From Zygnema circumcarinatum SAG 698-1b (lineage: Eukaryota > Plantae > Zygnematophyceae), in assembly GCA_037447605.1 (NCBI GenBank), contig CM074806.1, positions 3,906,001-3,970,000 of the forward strand: 64,000 nt of DNA. Reading direction: 5' to 3'. Every line of letters starts with the position of its first letter. The stretch's first letter is position 1. Positions 37,006 to 50,158 of this stretch are shown piece after piece. The notes under the pieces are model-generated. The model was given only the letters and a program-made list of their open reading frames with translations, was not told the origin of the DNA and did not search any database. The position numbers and the translations under genes are program-made.

Positions 37006-40000
37006 ATGGCATCGTCAGGGGAGACTAGCTGGATGAGGGGAGTGGTGAAGTCCGTGTCCTCTGGCGACTGTCTTCTCGTTATGGGAAGTGCCAAGGCGGG
37101 GCCGCCGCCGGAGAAGACTATCACGTTGTCATCTCTCATCGCTCCTAAGCTGGTGGGGAAGGCATCTGTCCTCAGATGTAGTCTTTTGAGGTTTTGTTGC
37201 TGAGTGGGTTTTGAGATTGGCTGGAGCTGAGTTAAGGGAAAGGAGGGACGAGTAATCTGGAGTGGAAATATTTTTGCAGAGAGATTTTCAGTGAGAGGCA
37301 TGCTGGAATTGAGGGAATTCATTGTAGCGTCGGTTTTATGTAGAGAGAAGAATGAAAGTTGCGGTTTCCTCAGATGCATCGCTGAAGCCCTCATTGAGAG
37401 AATTGGGGTCGGCAGTGAGAAGATGAATTGAGGTTTGACTAGCAAACACGAGTGAACATACTTGGAAGGCATTTGTTTGTTTGTTTTTTTTTTTGGGATT
37501 TTCGGATACGATGTTTTCTATCGCGATAACCGCAAATTTGCCATAATTTGAGCTCGATCGAAGTGCATATCGTCGCTGTCGAGTTGGATTGGAAAGGTTT
37601 GGCTTCGCCGAGAGATAACCTGCACAGCAGCCTTGAATCCATCGTACTCTCTTTGGCATTGCAGAAATCCTTTCCTAAAGCATGTCAGCACTTGAGCATG
37701 ATTGGTTCTTCTCATTTCCCCTCTCTTCTCTCCTTCCTCCCGTTTCCTCTGAAGGATGAAAAACAAGACGTAGCGAGAGTTGTTACTCATCTCACATTCG
37801 GAGTTGAATTCTCCATATTCAAATAAGAGATTCTACAAGTGCTTGAAAACGGGGATTATGCAGATTCGGTTATGGAATGCGCAAACCTGAAGATGGCTGG
37901 AACACTTTTTACACGTTGTTTGTGGTCTTGCATCTGCAGCATGGATATTATTTTTTGCTTACTAAAAACTTACACATGACTACAAACCTTTCATTTCTAT
38001 TCATCTTTCATTTATTGCTGCTAATGGTAGCGCTGGATTCCCGTATTTGAGCATACTTTGGCGAGTTCGTTGTCTCAGAATGCAAAACTTGCTCGCTTAT
38101 TCCATTATGATTTTTCTGATATTGGATTGTCCTTCTAGCATCTTTTCATGTTCTGTGCCAGTTAAATCTGAGGCGATCTATTCTGCGATGCAGGCGCGTA
38201 GGGACGGGCGGGATGAACCTTTTGCATGGGCTGCACGCGAATTTTTGAGGAAGAAATGCGTTGGGAAGGTAAGAAGCTTGCTTGTGAGGAGAGAGACCTG
38301 TTGGGACGATCACTTTGTGTAGGATAAATTTATGGAAACATGAGACCTGTGATCATGATTCTGGGAAGTTGAAAGCTGGTGCGTGGAAGCAGTGGCAACG
38401 ACAAGTTGAACAAAACTTTCTAGGAAGAACTACATGGAAGTGTGATTATGCAGCATGAGAATTTAGGGAAGAGGAATTCTTAATTAGATTTGCATCGCAT
38501 TTAGTCCTCATTCATGTTGTGGCCGGCTTCACAACTGATATATTTGGGGCCTGGAATTTTGCATCAGCAACCATTCAAGTAGAAGAATTTGAACGATGTG
38601 GAAGCAAGTAAAGCAGAATAAGGGAGTCTTATAGCATGGGGTTACTTCTTTGCTAGTTGGAGATTTGAGGATTAATCTGGAGTAACTTGATATGCAGGAA
38701 GTTATCTTTAAAGTGGACTACAAAGTGGATGGAATACAACGAGAATTCGGATCAGTGTTCCTTGGCGAAACCAATCTTGCCTTAGCAGTCGTCTCTGAGG
38801 GATGGGCCCGGGTAAGCTGAAATTAGCTATTCGTCCTTATGTTGACCCGTACATTCTACTTTCATATTTTTGCTTTCACCGTAACTCTTTCATAAACATG
38901 GAAAGTGCAGCACATCTGGTAGCATACACGTACAATCTGAAAGAATAGAAATTCCGCCTGATTTCTGGCACCTGCTTTAGTTGGTCGGACATTCGTGAAG
39001 TTTGATTAGGGGATTTGACTGGTATAGGTGCGGGCCCCTTCTACACAAGGACCTTCCAGCCCCTATATTCGTGAATTACAAGCCTTGGAGGAGGCTGCAA
39101 AAACTCAGGGTGTTGGTATTTGGAACAAGGTGAGGGTGTGCCACTGAACCGTTCGCTGTTCGTTTTATCATCTCTGAATGAACAACGCACGTCCATCCTC
39201 TAAAATGGTTCTTGTATCACAGAAGTGTGTTGAATGTCTTGCCACTCGCAATCAAAGAGGGGAAAGTTAAGGGAAGCACGTCGTTTTAAGGTTACTAGCC
39301 TCAGAACCACCCATCAGATTCGTGGGACAACGAAGCTGCTAAAATTTGTGCCTGGTCAACCAAAAGTTTAGCACATGCGTGCATGGAGATGAAGTTTTGG
39401 TTTTCTTCCAATAACATGTGGACAGCATAGGAGGAGGTTTAGGTTGAGGTTTAGGTTTAGGTTTAGGTTTAGGGTTTTGGAAGTACCTTTCAATGACATC
39501 ACACGAAGGCTGCAAGTCTGCAACTTCTCGCCAACTTGTTTCACTTTTCTACCTTCTTTACTTTTCGTCCCCTTTTTATTTCATTTCCCCATAGCCTGCC
39601 CCCTGGTGTTCAGTCATGCTGGCTCTCCTAGATTTACTTGAAAGCTCAGGAAATTGTGAGACATTGGTGAGTCGAGTCTGCCCATGGTTCTGTGATCCTG
39701 TGAAGGAGCATGTACTTTGTGACTTTGACTGTAGCTTTCTAGAGAAAGTCTCCTGCCACCTTCCTGGGGCTTTTGCTGTTGCTCCTTAGCTATTGTGGCT
39801 ATCTGATTTCTTTGCCAGCAGCATTGGACTATTGATTGCTACGACGTTAGGACTACCCCTTATCTGGCCGTGCACAGATGACTTGTACAGGTGCTTTTTT
39901 AGTCGGAAACAGACCTGTCAATCAAACAAGTTTCTAGTGCTCGACTGTCAGAAGAAAGTCTTCCATGCGTTTGTTGCTTGCTTGCGTGCTGATGTATGGT

Positions 40001-43000
40001 GATTTGAAGTGTTGGCTCGCGTCACCTTATAACAATCAACATGGGTATTTGTTGGTTTCTTTTGGGTGCTTGAGTTGACCAGGATCAAGAGGCGGTGGAC
40101 CTTGCGGTTCGCGACCTTCCCCCTTCTGGGGTTGGCCAGGACAGTGGGTTTGACCCCACAGAGCTTCTTGAGGGGAACAAGGGGAAATCTCTTCCTGCCA
40201 TAGTGGAGCAGGTTCGAGATGGGTCCACCGTTCGGGTGATGCTGCTCCCCTCGTTTCATTACGTCCAAGTGTACATCGCAGGAATTCAGGTTCGTGTTCC
40301 AATTCTTTGTCTCTTAGTTTCTGCTGATGTTTGAAGCTCCTGCAAGCGTGTTCTCGGAGGATGTTCTATTGTTTCTGACCGCATAACGCTGGAGCATATC
40401 ATTATATTGTGCTTATCAAAGTTAAAGACTCTGCGACTCTAAGGCTTGTTTTCATGGTGGCTACCTTACCATATGTTGCTTGACCGCAGTGCCCATCCGC
40501 TGGAAGGAGAGCTCTTGGTTCAGTCGACCCGGATAAAGTGTCTAGTGAGGCAGCCAATGGCAATGCTGCTGCAGCAAGCAACGGAAGCAGTGTGGACCCC
40601 TCTCTGAAGGCAGAGAGTGCAGTGCCCAGCATTGCTCAGCGATTGGCTGCTTCAAATGCAGCAGCCGGCGACATCCCTGCCGAACCATTCGGATTGGAAG
40701 CGAAGCACTTCACCGAAGTGCGCTGCTTGAATCGAGATGTAAGTTCGCTATTTCTGCACCTGTTTCGGCCTTTGATTGCTCAGGTGTGACTTTGGACATT
40801 TGTAGTTGGTGATTGGTAGGGCATTCTTTAATAGAGAGATCTCTTCAGGCCATTTGATGACTGGGAGAAACTTAGGTTGCCAGGGCGAAGTGATTGTAAT
40901 TCGTTTTCCTTTCCGCAACTGTCCTCTTTCCTGCTCATACAATCTTCGAAGGATTTTGCTTAAACTTTGCTTGGGTTATGTACGGATGACACAGGTACGG
41001 GTTGTACTTGAGGGCTTGGATGGTCGGGGTACGAATCTTGTCGGCTCCATTTATTATCCTGATGGAGATACTGCCACCGACATTGCACCTTTGCTCGTAA
41101 AGCAGGTAAGGCCTTCAACCCATTGCTCCCTTTTCTCACTGCGAGGGGAAGTGCAGGAAGTAGATACCTTGTGTTCTCATGTCTCTGTATTGTACGCTGC
41201 TTTGCTACAACATGTGCTTGCTTGGATATGTCCTTGCTTCTGATTTTTCTTTTTTTTTTTATTGCGGGCAGGGACTGGCAAAAATTGTGGAGTGGAGTGC
41301 AGAATCTTTGGAGCCCTCTTACAAGGCGCAATTGAAGGCGTTAGAATTGGAAGCAAAGAAAGAGCGGCTTCGAATCTGGACATCATTTGTTCCCCCACCT
41401 TCAAATTCGACAGCTGTCAGAGATGACAACTTCACTGGAAGAGTGAGTTCTGAAGCTGCAGCTTGCAATGTGCAGAAATTCTTAAGTGGCTACTGTAGCC
41501 CATTCGGAGCTGCTATATAAACTTGCTCGATTCCCTAACTCCTATCTTGAGGGGTGTAGTGATGCATGACCCGAAAGGACAAAATGCATGCCTGAACATA
41601 CTGCTTTACGTCTTTGCATGCTTTCCTGCAATTTTTTACCCCTGTAAAAAGGAAAAATCACAAATTCTGGAGGCCTTGGCGATCCCTATTCGTGACGAGG
41701 CTTTCAAAGGAATGCAAGTGGTTTCTAGGGAAACTGTTTTACTGTCATTTTGAAGGTTTTGGTGAGGTCCTTGTCACAGTAAAGCTGGAGTAACTTATTG
41801 TATTGTCCATTGCGATTGCAGGTTGTTGAAGTGGTGAGTGGCGACTGCATTGTTGTAGCCGATGATGCTGGGCCGGTTGGCAGCCCTCAGGCAGAACGGC
41901 GGGTCAATCTTTCAAGCATTCGCACACGCAAATTGGGAAATCCCCGACTTGATCAGAAGCCTGAACCCTGGGCTCGAGAAGCAAAAGAGTTTCTTCGCTC
42001 GCGTCTTATCGGAAATCAGGTGCATTGCTAAAACCTTGGGCTTGAGCGAGTTGTGAATCTCAAAAGTTGAGGAAACTCCTGTTGTTCCCATTGCGGTAGC
42101 TGCTACTACTTTCAAATGAAGGGAAGTAGTCTTGATGTGAGAACATGGGCTTTCAAATGAAGGGAAGTAATCTTGATCTGAGACCATGGGCTTTCAAATG
42201 AAGGGAAGTAGTCTTGATCTGAGAACATGGGCTTTCAAATGAAGGGAAGTAGTCTTGATCTGAGAACATGGGCTTTCAAATGAAGGGAAGTAGTCTTGAT
42301 CTGAGAACATGGACTTTCAAATGAAGGGAAGTAGTCTTGATCTGAGAACATGGGCTTTCAAATGAAGAGAAGTAGTCTTGATCTGGGAACATGGGCTCGT
42401 CACATGCATTACCTTTTGTTGCCTTTTTGCATGGTGTCAGCGACACGTCCATCCTCCATCCGTTTTGTTTACTCCCATACTGAGGTTTGACCACTTCTTG
42501 GTTATCCCCACCAGGTCTCAGTGACTATGGAATACACGCGTAAGATTACAGCTGGAGAGGGGCGTGACCCTGGACCAATGGAGGGCAAAAGCATGGCATT
42601 TGGGACTGTCATTCTAGAGGCTGCATCAAAGCAGGAAGCTGCAGAATCAGGGAATGCTTCAACACAGAATGGAATCAATGTGGCCGAAATAGCAGTGGCG
42701 AGGGGTTTTGCCACTGTTGTGAGACACCGCGATTTTGAGGAGAGGTCTCTTCACTATGAGGCACTCCTTGCAGCTGAGGAGAGAGCGAAGAAGGGGAAGA
42801 AGGGAGTGCACTCATCAAAAGAGCCCCCTATCGCGCATCTGAACGATCTCTCCACACAGGTGAGAAGAGAGGTGGTTTTGGAGTAGAGCTTCATGTCAGC
42901 CCTTTGTGTAGCAAAGTCAAGCACTTTAGACTTTGAGAAGATGCTTCAAACTGTGCCAGGTAATGTATAGTGTAGAGAAAATTTTGTTCTGTTGTGCAAT

Positions 43001-45556
43001 TTTGGATGAAGCGTGCTCAGGCTTGGTCGGTGATGTCCGCTTAAGTTCGGGAAGACGGAAAGCAGAATCTGTCTTAGTGAACTTGGGGAGTTGACTAATC
43101 TGAATAGCTGGAGACGATCCAATTCAACGATTTACTCGAAAGCAATTGTTCCTATTTGATGGTCTGCCTGATTGTCTGTGGGAAACAAACGTAAGAGTGG
43201 TGTCAGCTCGTGACTTACATGCTGATTTGAGCATCCTGATCTGATTTTTCACAGGCTGCAACCAACAAAGCAAGAGCATTCCTACCATTTTTACAAAAGG
43301 CAAGGAGAATGCCGGCCGTGGTGGACTATGTCCTCAGCGGTCACCGTTTCAAGCTCATTGTCCCACGGGAGATGTGTGCTATTGCTTTCTCACTTGCCGG
43401 TGTGCGGTGCCCTGGGAAGGGGGAGCCTTACTCAGAAGAGGCAATTGCATTCATGCGTCGCCGCATACTTCAGCGCGACGTAGAGGTGAGCACTAAAGAC
43501 GGAAGAATGTTGGAAATAGTTCAGTCGACGGTGAAACAACTTTTCATTGCAAGTTGACGCACTTGTGTCAGAGACTTGGCAGGACGATCTGGTGATGCAG
43601 AGCATGTGCATTTTTTGTTTCCTGACCAATACAGCAGAGAGAGAGAGGGCCCTCGCCCCAAAAATGGAGAGTATCCGCTCTGACCAATGTCTTGTATGTA
43701 CTGCAGATTGAGGTAGAAACTGTTGACAAAACTGGAACATTTATTGGTTCATTGTGGGAGGCAAAAACGAATGCGGGAGTGCTTCTGTTGGATGCTGGTC
43801 TAGCCAAATTGCATCCATCATTTGCTCCCGACAGAACTGCAGAGGGGGCAGCTCTCCAAGCAGCGGAACGTCGAGCAAGGGATGCACGACTCAAGGTGAG
43901 TGAAATTTCAGTGTTCGGTTTGTTGGAAGAAGAACGGAGGTAGACTCTAGAGTGCCTTACAAAACGAGAGATAGGGCTGATTTAATCGTGGTAACAATTG
44001 TCGCTGCTCACGAGATGACCATCTGAGTGATTGTGCAGCAGTTTCTATTTTTGGTTTGGAAGGTCTTTATTGTGGGCAAATCATAGTCGATTCAGTGCCG
44101 TTCTTCAATGTGTTGGCCTTGTTCGTTTGCTTTGCAGGTCTGGGAGGCATATGTAGAAGTGGAGGAGGGACAAGAGAACCTGCCATCTACTGACAGTACT
44201 CGCAAGGGAAAAGGGAAGGAGGAGGTGCTTGAGGTAAGTGAGCAACAGCCACACTAGGAGACAAATCTTGGTATCATCTTGATGGTGGGTGTGGTGTTTT
44301 TTCTGGAAAAATCAGATTGATAGCCGTGCTTACGTCGTTCCATTGCGTTTTGGGCCGTTTAGAGTAAGCTTTGAGTGTTAATGACGAGCTTATGGACGAT
44401 TCGGGATTAAGAGTGTTTTAGTCTACGCTTTGAGTTGATGTTGTTGTTGTTGTTGAGCTCATCATTAGTGGCGTGTGATGGCTATATCCAGGTGGAGGTC
44501 ATGCACGTGTTGGGCAACGGCCGTTTCTATGCAGTGCCAACCAATGCTCGGTTGGCTGCAGTTGAGACACAGCTGAAGGAACTGCAGTTGCAGGACAAGC
44601 CATTGGCCCCCGGAGCCTTCCTTCCTAAAAGGGGTGAACGGGTGATCGCGTTTTTCAGTGGCGATAACAGTTGGGCCAGGGGGCTGGTAAGGATGCATGG
44701 CCTGACTTCTCCCTTAGAAATCAGAGTCAAGTCGAGTTTCGTACAGAGGTATAAAGACTGAATCGCACTATGTGCCTCTTATCTATGAGTTGCACATCGC
44801 TATCACAAAGGTATCCCATGCTTACAGCCGACTGTGCATGCAAACCGCAGGTCGTGAATGCTCCTCGACCGGAGGAGACTGCTTCTGGAAGTGCAGAATA
44901 CGAAATCTTTTATATTGACTATGGCAATCAGGAAGTTCTGCCCCTCTCTCGGCTACGACCCATTCATCCTTCAATGGCTGCAAGTGACGGCTTGGCCCTT
45001 CTATGTCAGTTGGCTCTCGTTCGCATTCCGGAACTCGAAGAGGACTTTGGAATGGAGGCGGCGGAGTGGTTGGGACGAAACATTGTGGGCCAAAAATATG
45101 TGGCACGGATTGAAGAAAGAGATTTGAGCAATGGGAAGGTGGTGAAGGGGCAGGGGACAGGCCCCTGCCTCCTCGTCACACTCGTTCAAGCTGAGGCACC
45201 TTCCGGAACTCCTCCCATCAGCATCAACGCACAAATGCTACAGGTCAGTTCTTCGCACCCCTCGACGGCTGACATATAATCTTCAAAGAAAAGGTTTTGG
45301 TTTGCTTGTGGAATGGTCGGTTTGACGACACATTATGATGTAGACTGAAAGGGGGATGCGGTAATGGATGCAGGAGGGCTTTGCTCGCCTGGCAAAACGA
45401 GAGAGGCGTGATAGCGTGGAGAGGAGGGCGGCACTGGACTGTCTGAAGGAACATCAGGAGGTAGCTCGCAAGGGGCGTCTGAACATGTGGCAGTATGGAG
45501 ACATTGATGACGACGATGACGATCAGCGGCCGAAGTGGGGCCCACCTCGTCGATAG
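37006..45556 (+). CDS. TSN: Tudor staphylococcal nuclease (Tudor-SN / SND1)
   Basis: MASSGETSWMRGVVKSVSSGDCL...EKTITLSSLIAPKL|ARRDGRDEPFAWAAREFLRKKCVGK, IVEQVRDGSTVRV, VVEVVSGDCIVVAD, VVDYVLSGHRF, Tudor domain FYIDYGNQE, and C-terminal RLNMWQYGDI...PRR*. Confidence 0.95.
39436..39478. repeat. Interstitial telomere-like (TTTAGG)n run in a TSN intron
   Basis: ggtttaggttgaggtttaggtttaggtttaggtttagggtttt. Confidence 0.7.
42109..42398. repeat. 41-bp tandem minisatellite, about 7 units, in a TSN intron
   Basis: Unit gggctttcaaatgaagggaagtagtcttgatctgagaacat, with unit starts at 42147, 42188, 42229, 42270, 42311, 42352 and 42393. There are no spacers. Confidence 0.95.
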
Positions 45557-46318
45557 TTGCAGCCTCGACAGTTGCAGGGCGGCGGGGGTTGGTTCTCAAG
45601 GTGTGGGAGGCCCCTTATGGCGCCTTGTGGCATGAGGCCAGAGGTTGACCCTCGTGTGGCCGGAGACGAAGTTTTGGGTGCGGTGCGAGGAATAAGGCGA
45701 GGTGTGGTTGCTTTTAAGTTCTTTTGCTTTTATATGGGCCGAAAGGCGGCAACCCTTGAGCACCTTGAGCTCCTAAAAATGCTTCGCTGGGTGTGGGGTT
45801 GCATTTTTCAATGGCCGCTACTTTAGAAAGACGCGAAAGCGCAAGAGGATGGCTCCTCCAAATTTTGGCCCGTTTAGTGGGATTGCTGGATAGTGGCGGC
45901 ATTGGGATAGCTTGAGAAGCCTTCTTCCTAACTTTTTAGCAAAGCGAATGCAAGAAGTGCCGCAAACTGTCTTGTAGCTCGTTAGCATGTTGGGGTGGCA
46001 TGGTCATCGTGGGTCGTGGAAGGTTGGGCCCAGTGTTAAGCCCCTAATGTTGGGCCTTTAGTGTTTTTTGTGTCATCGATTTGCTCCATTTTTTTTTTTT
46101 TTCTTTTTTTTGCTCCTTGTGAGAGTGCAGGCCATGATTCAAAAATGAACAGCCACTAGTCGTTGTTCTATGTGCGAGTCTCTCTTCGATTTGCGTCAAC
46201 TGCGGTTCCATATAGCGACGCCCGTCCTGTTCCACGGCTTGAATCCAGCTCCATGAGGTCCTGTTCTCATTTTACTGTATTCCCTAATAAAGCGAAAGCA
46301 TTCTACTTGGTTGAACCA

Positions 46319-46401
46319 CTCGACTTTGTGGATGTCTAACTTGCTGGCCACGGAATACCTCGACTTTGTGGATGTCTAACTTGCTGGCCACGGAATACCT
46401 C
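46319..46401. repeat. 40-bp perfect tandem duplication
   Basis: cgactttgtggatgtctaacttgctggccacggaatacct occurs at 46321 and again at 46361. Confidence 0.9.
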
Positions 46402-47089
46402 TATAGCATGCAACGAGAACAGTAATCTGAAGTACGTTAGGAAGATAATCTAAGTATAAAAGTTTAGGAAACTTCTATTCTGTACATTGAACTACGAGGC
46501 CAAAATCACAAAATTAGCCTAATAGCTAGTGCTTCTCAAGTAGTTAGGATAACACGCTGCCAAGATTAGAAGATCCATGATAATATTAGGCCAAAGTACC
46601 GACTATATGCTTAATAAAATACTGATCAAATCTTTAATTTGAACCTTGTGCAGCCGATTACTAAACATGATCGTAAACATCGTTTCTAACTCCTACTTGA
46701 GACCTACTTAGAAGGCGAGGTGAAGGATTCCTTTTCAGCCGCCTGAGTGTTATCCTTACAGTTACCGTTGGGTGCCGTGTAACAGTAACTCTCTGTATCT
46801 CTCTCTCTCTCTCTAGCTGCCGTACGTTTCCGTATGGTAAGGCAACCTGGCAGCCGTACCAAGTGGAGACTTCCAAGAAGCTTCCTAGATGTCTCTCTCT
46901 CTAAACAATAAAGCAAGAATATCCAACGCGCATTCCTTTTGGTGGTTTTTTTTTTTTTTGATTGAAACGGAAGGTCGCCTGGGGAGGTTGACTGGCAGCT
47001 TTGCCATTGCCAAACATACAAAAAGAAAAAAAAAAAGTCTTTGGGCCCCACAATGCACTCTCAGCACATGTTCAAGGCACAGCTCCAAC

Positions 47090-48271
47090 TTACATCTGTT
47101 GCGGTATCAAGTGCACTTTGAACTTGTCCATAAAAGCAGCGTTCGTAGGTCTGAACATGGACCTCAGCGAAAACTTTTTGTGATCAATTCCGGCCTCCAC
47201 CAGTGCCCTGTACCTCGGCTTCAGCCGCTTCTCAAGGGAGAGCCTCAGTATGGACGGGTACATGTGGATGTCCTCCTTGCTACGGCCCATCTCAGTCAAT
47301 ACGAAGTCAATCTTGGACTTAATAGTATCCCAAGACGTGCCAAGCAATAAGGGCATCGCATTCACCATTTTCAAGGCTGGAAGGTCCCCGAAGTGCTGCT
47401 TCAGCTGCATGTACGTATTATCCGTTGTGTCCCGTGGTACTAATAATATATTTGGGTAAATCTGCAGCACCTTCTGAGCCCTATCGGGCCCGTAAATCCC
47501 CTCCAATCCAGCCACAACATCCTTGAAGTGATGGCCCTTTCCTTTAACGATGGAGGGGAAACGAAAGAGCATTTCTTTTCTTGTGTAAGGGAAGGTCGAC
47601 CTCAGAGCCTCAATTCCCTCCTTTATTGTTTCAGGACTGCAGGAGAGAATGTGTGGGTAGCTTTCTAGCATAGCGCCTGTGACAGGGAGGCCTAACTCCT
47701 TCCATAGACGAGCCTTCGCCTCAAGGGTATGCACACTGCTAGTCAAAATTCCCGGCATTCTTCTTATCACCTTCCCTAAGTTCGTCACCTTCACAGTGTT
47801 CCGAAGGAACTCGATCACGCCTTCCAACTTCTCATCTGGAGCGAGGAGGAAGTGTCTGTGCACGTAGGCGCGCTTTAAGGCATTGAAAAAGTCGTGGGAG
47901 TTGACCCCATGGCTCTGGAAGAAAGCTGCTTTAGGAAGGATATGCTTATAGCCCCTTATAAGGACACTCTTCTTCTTATCAACAATGCGGTGGACATCTT
48001 GCTGCGTGCATCCTAAGCTCAGGAGAGCGTTCACTGCTTCTCGGAGAACGCTCGTCGAATCCGCAGCTTCTTCCTCAGCCACGGTGGCTCTGCCTGCACT
48101 CGCTTTGTCAAGTTTTTTTCCCTCCTTACTGCTGCTGCTGCTGTATCCATGGCGCCCTTGAAGGGACTGAGTGCAAGTGAGCTGTTCAAGGGATGGATGG
48201 TACCATGGTAGGCGGAACGGAGATCCGTTCCAGACGATCCGGCGAAAAAAAGGAAGAAAGGAAGCCGCCAT
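47090..48271 (-). CDS. mTERF family protein, intronless, organelle-targeted
   Basis: Single long ORF. Repeated mTERF-like units such as RRMPGILTSS, ESYPHILSCS, FRFPSIV, QIYPNILL and MYPSILRLSLEKRLKPRY. The N-terminus MAASFLPFFRRIV resembles a presequence. Confidence 0.85.
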   Translation of the reverse strand: MAASFLPFFRRIVWNGSPFRLPWYHPSLEQLTCTQSLQGRHGYSSSSSKEGKKLDKASAGRATVAEEEAADSTSVLREAVNALLSLGCTQQDVHRIVDKKKSVLIRGYKHILPKAAFFQSHGVNSHDFFNALKRAYVHRHFLLAPDEKLEGVIEFLRNTVKVTNLGKVIRRMPGILTSSVHTLEAKARLWKELGLPVTGAMLESYPHILSCSPETIKEGIEALRSTFPYTRKEMLFRFPSIVKGKGHHFKDVVAGLEGIYGPDRAQKVLQIYPNILLVPRDTTDNTYMQLKQHFGDLPALKMVNAMPLLLGTSWDTIKSKIDFVLTEMGRSKEDIHMYPSILRLSLEKRLKPRYRALVEAGIDHKKFSLRSMFRPTNAAFMDKFKVHLIPQQM

Positions 48272-48349
48272 GGCGCGGACTTCTGAAGCGTGCGGCCGCT
48301 GATAGAGAGTCACTTCCCCATTTCTTGCTGCACAAGGTCTCCAGCACTC

Positions 48350-48445
48350 AACCCGAATCTCCTAGACCCAACTCTGACCCTAATCCTTACCTTAATCCTA
48401 ACCCTAACGCAAACCCTAACCCTAACGCAAACCCTGAACTTGACC
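48350..48445. promoter_or_regulatory. Degenerate telo-box (AACCCTAA) cluster upstream of mTERF
   Basis: cctaaccctaacgcaaaccctaaccctaacgcaaaccctga. Similar clusters occur near 3965, 14826, 53100 and 57650. Confidence 0.55.
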
Positions 48446-48782
48446 TGACTCTAAAATCATTCGCCATTTCTCTACTCTGTGCCCTCTCCTGCCCGATGTC
48501 ATGCATGGACCTTCTTGTTAGCAATGCGAAAATGAAATCAGAAAGACATTACAGTACTGTAACCGAGACAATCCAATACACTCCTATGCGGTATATTGTC
48601 GGCATTATTGAATGCATTATCACATTTGGCATTCCCATGGTGATATTAATGCACATTTCTCCCCCATTATCACCAATTGAACTCTCATTATTACTATCAA
48701 AAGGGGAAGAAAGAGGCGCACTGAGGGATGCGAGGCTGCAGAAATGCATAAGCTCCGGCTTACTGTACTTCCCTCATTAGGG

Positions 48783-48975
48783 GGAGTCAGACCTTGACCA
48801 TCGCCAAATCAATTTCGTAAGCCTGTCGGGCGAATTAAGCATTGGCTAGGTACGCATCTCGGTAGGACTATGTAGGGCGAAGCCGCCGATCCCGACCCGG
48901 AATTCGTACACGAAACTTTTACTTTTAGTATAAGGAATTCGGGAATCTCGTAAGCGATGGTCAAGGTCTGACTCC
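48783..48975. mobile_element. 193-bp MITE with perfect 22-bp TIRs
   Basis: ggagtcagaccttgaccatcgc (48783-48804) and its exact reverse complement (48954-48975). The TSD is not cleanly resolved. Confidence 0.85.
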
Positions 48976-49666
48976 TAATTCTAAAAATCTCACACAACAT
49001 GGAACTGTTACCGCACTTTGTAAAGACGACACTCCGGCACTACAACGGAACTGGAACTGGAACACTAACTGCCGCTATATTATTCGATTGCATATAACGG
49101 GCTACACGTGCCGCTCCCTTCAACGAGCGCCTGGCGCGGCTCCCCCTTTCTTGGGTTATGTTTTGTGATGTATGGGGTACATCAAGGTGTTGGTACTTAG
49201 TTCATCGCATGAATGTTGTCCAGGACATCAATGTGTTGGTGGAGAAAGTACAATGTGGCATAGGGACAATGTCCATGCATGGATGGGTGCCCGTATCATT
49301 TGGGCACGGTACGGCAGGTCTAGGGATGGTCCATGGTCGTAGGTTTGTGGCCGAGGCTTAGACCGCACCAAAGGGGGTGCGTGGAATGCGCCTGGACGGA
49401 TGGAGCGTGGCAGTACGTACGGCGCGCTATTCAGCGCGTCCCCAAGAAATTCGCCCTGATTTTGCCGAAGGAAAATTCTATACTCACACCTTTTTTGTCT
49501 ACACACAGACATTTTTCCGCCGGGCAGGTTCTAATTTAGAAAGAAAAAGGATCAAAAAACGAAAAATGCTTTTTTCACGCCTTTCTGGAATCGATACAAA
49601 CCTTTATCCGTCGGGCAGATTTTACCCTTGATTTTTTTTTGGAGAGAAAAAAATAGGAGGCGACTA

Positions 49667-50158
49667 CAGTAGGACCCCATCATATTTTCCACCTCCAAAA
49701 GTGCGTCTCCAAGAAATTCGCACCAATTTTGCCGAAACCACTTTTTGTACGGTAACTTTGTGTTATCCGTATTATCCGTATTGCTCGTACTAGCCGTACT
49801 AGCCGTACTAGCTGTACTAGCCGTCACGGGCTTACGCAAAACGCACCTAATCTCCCCGCACGTGCCGCCGTGAGGCGCTCACTCTTCTCCCGCTGTTCTT
49901 GGCTTCGATACGATACGATACAATACGATACGAACCGATACGGTACTATCCGTACTAGCCGTACGAGCTGTAGTAGCCGATGCGGTACGATGCGGTTTGA
50001 TATGCCAGCAAACGATACGATACGACACGTACGAACATACATGAACTCTAACACAATTCCTCTCGCCTGTTGGTAACACAGACCTGATATTTGCCAAAAA
50101 CAATATTTTCGCCGGATATTTGCTAAAACCAGGTGGAAAATATGATGGGGTCCTACTG
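49667..50158. mobile_element. 492-bp MITE with 28-bp TIRs and TA flanks (Tc1/mariner-pogo-like)
   Basis: TA|cagtaggaccccatcatattttccacct ... aggtggaaaatatgatggggtcctactg|TA is a perfect inverted repeat. The interior holds (tagccgtac)n and (gatac)n. Confidence 0.8.

Noticed and set aside
42109-42398. CRISPR-like array
   Set aside because: Units are directly adjacent with no unique spacers, no cas genes are present, and the site is a eukaryotic intron.
47090-48271. mTERF as a retrocopy because it is intronless
   Set aside because: Intronless mTERF genes are common in plants, and no poly-A tail or TSD is seen.
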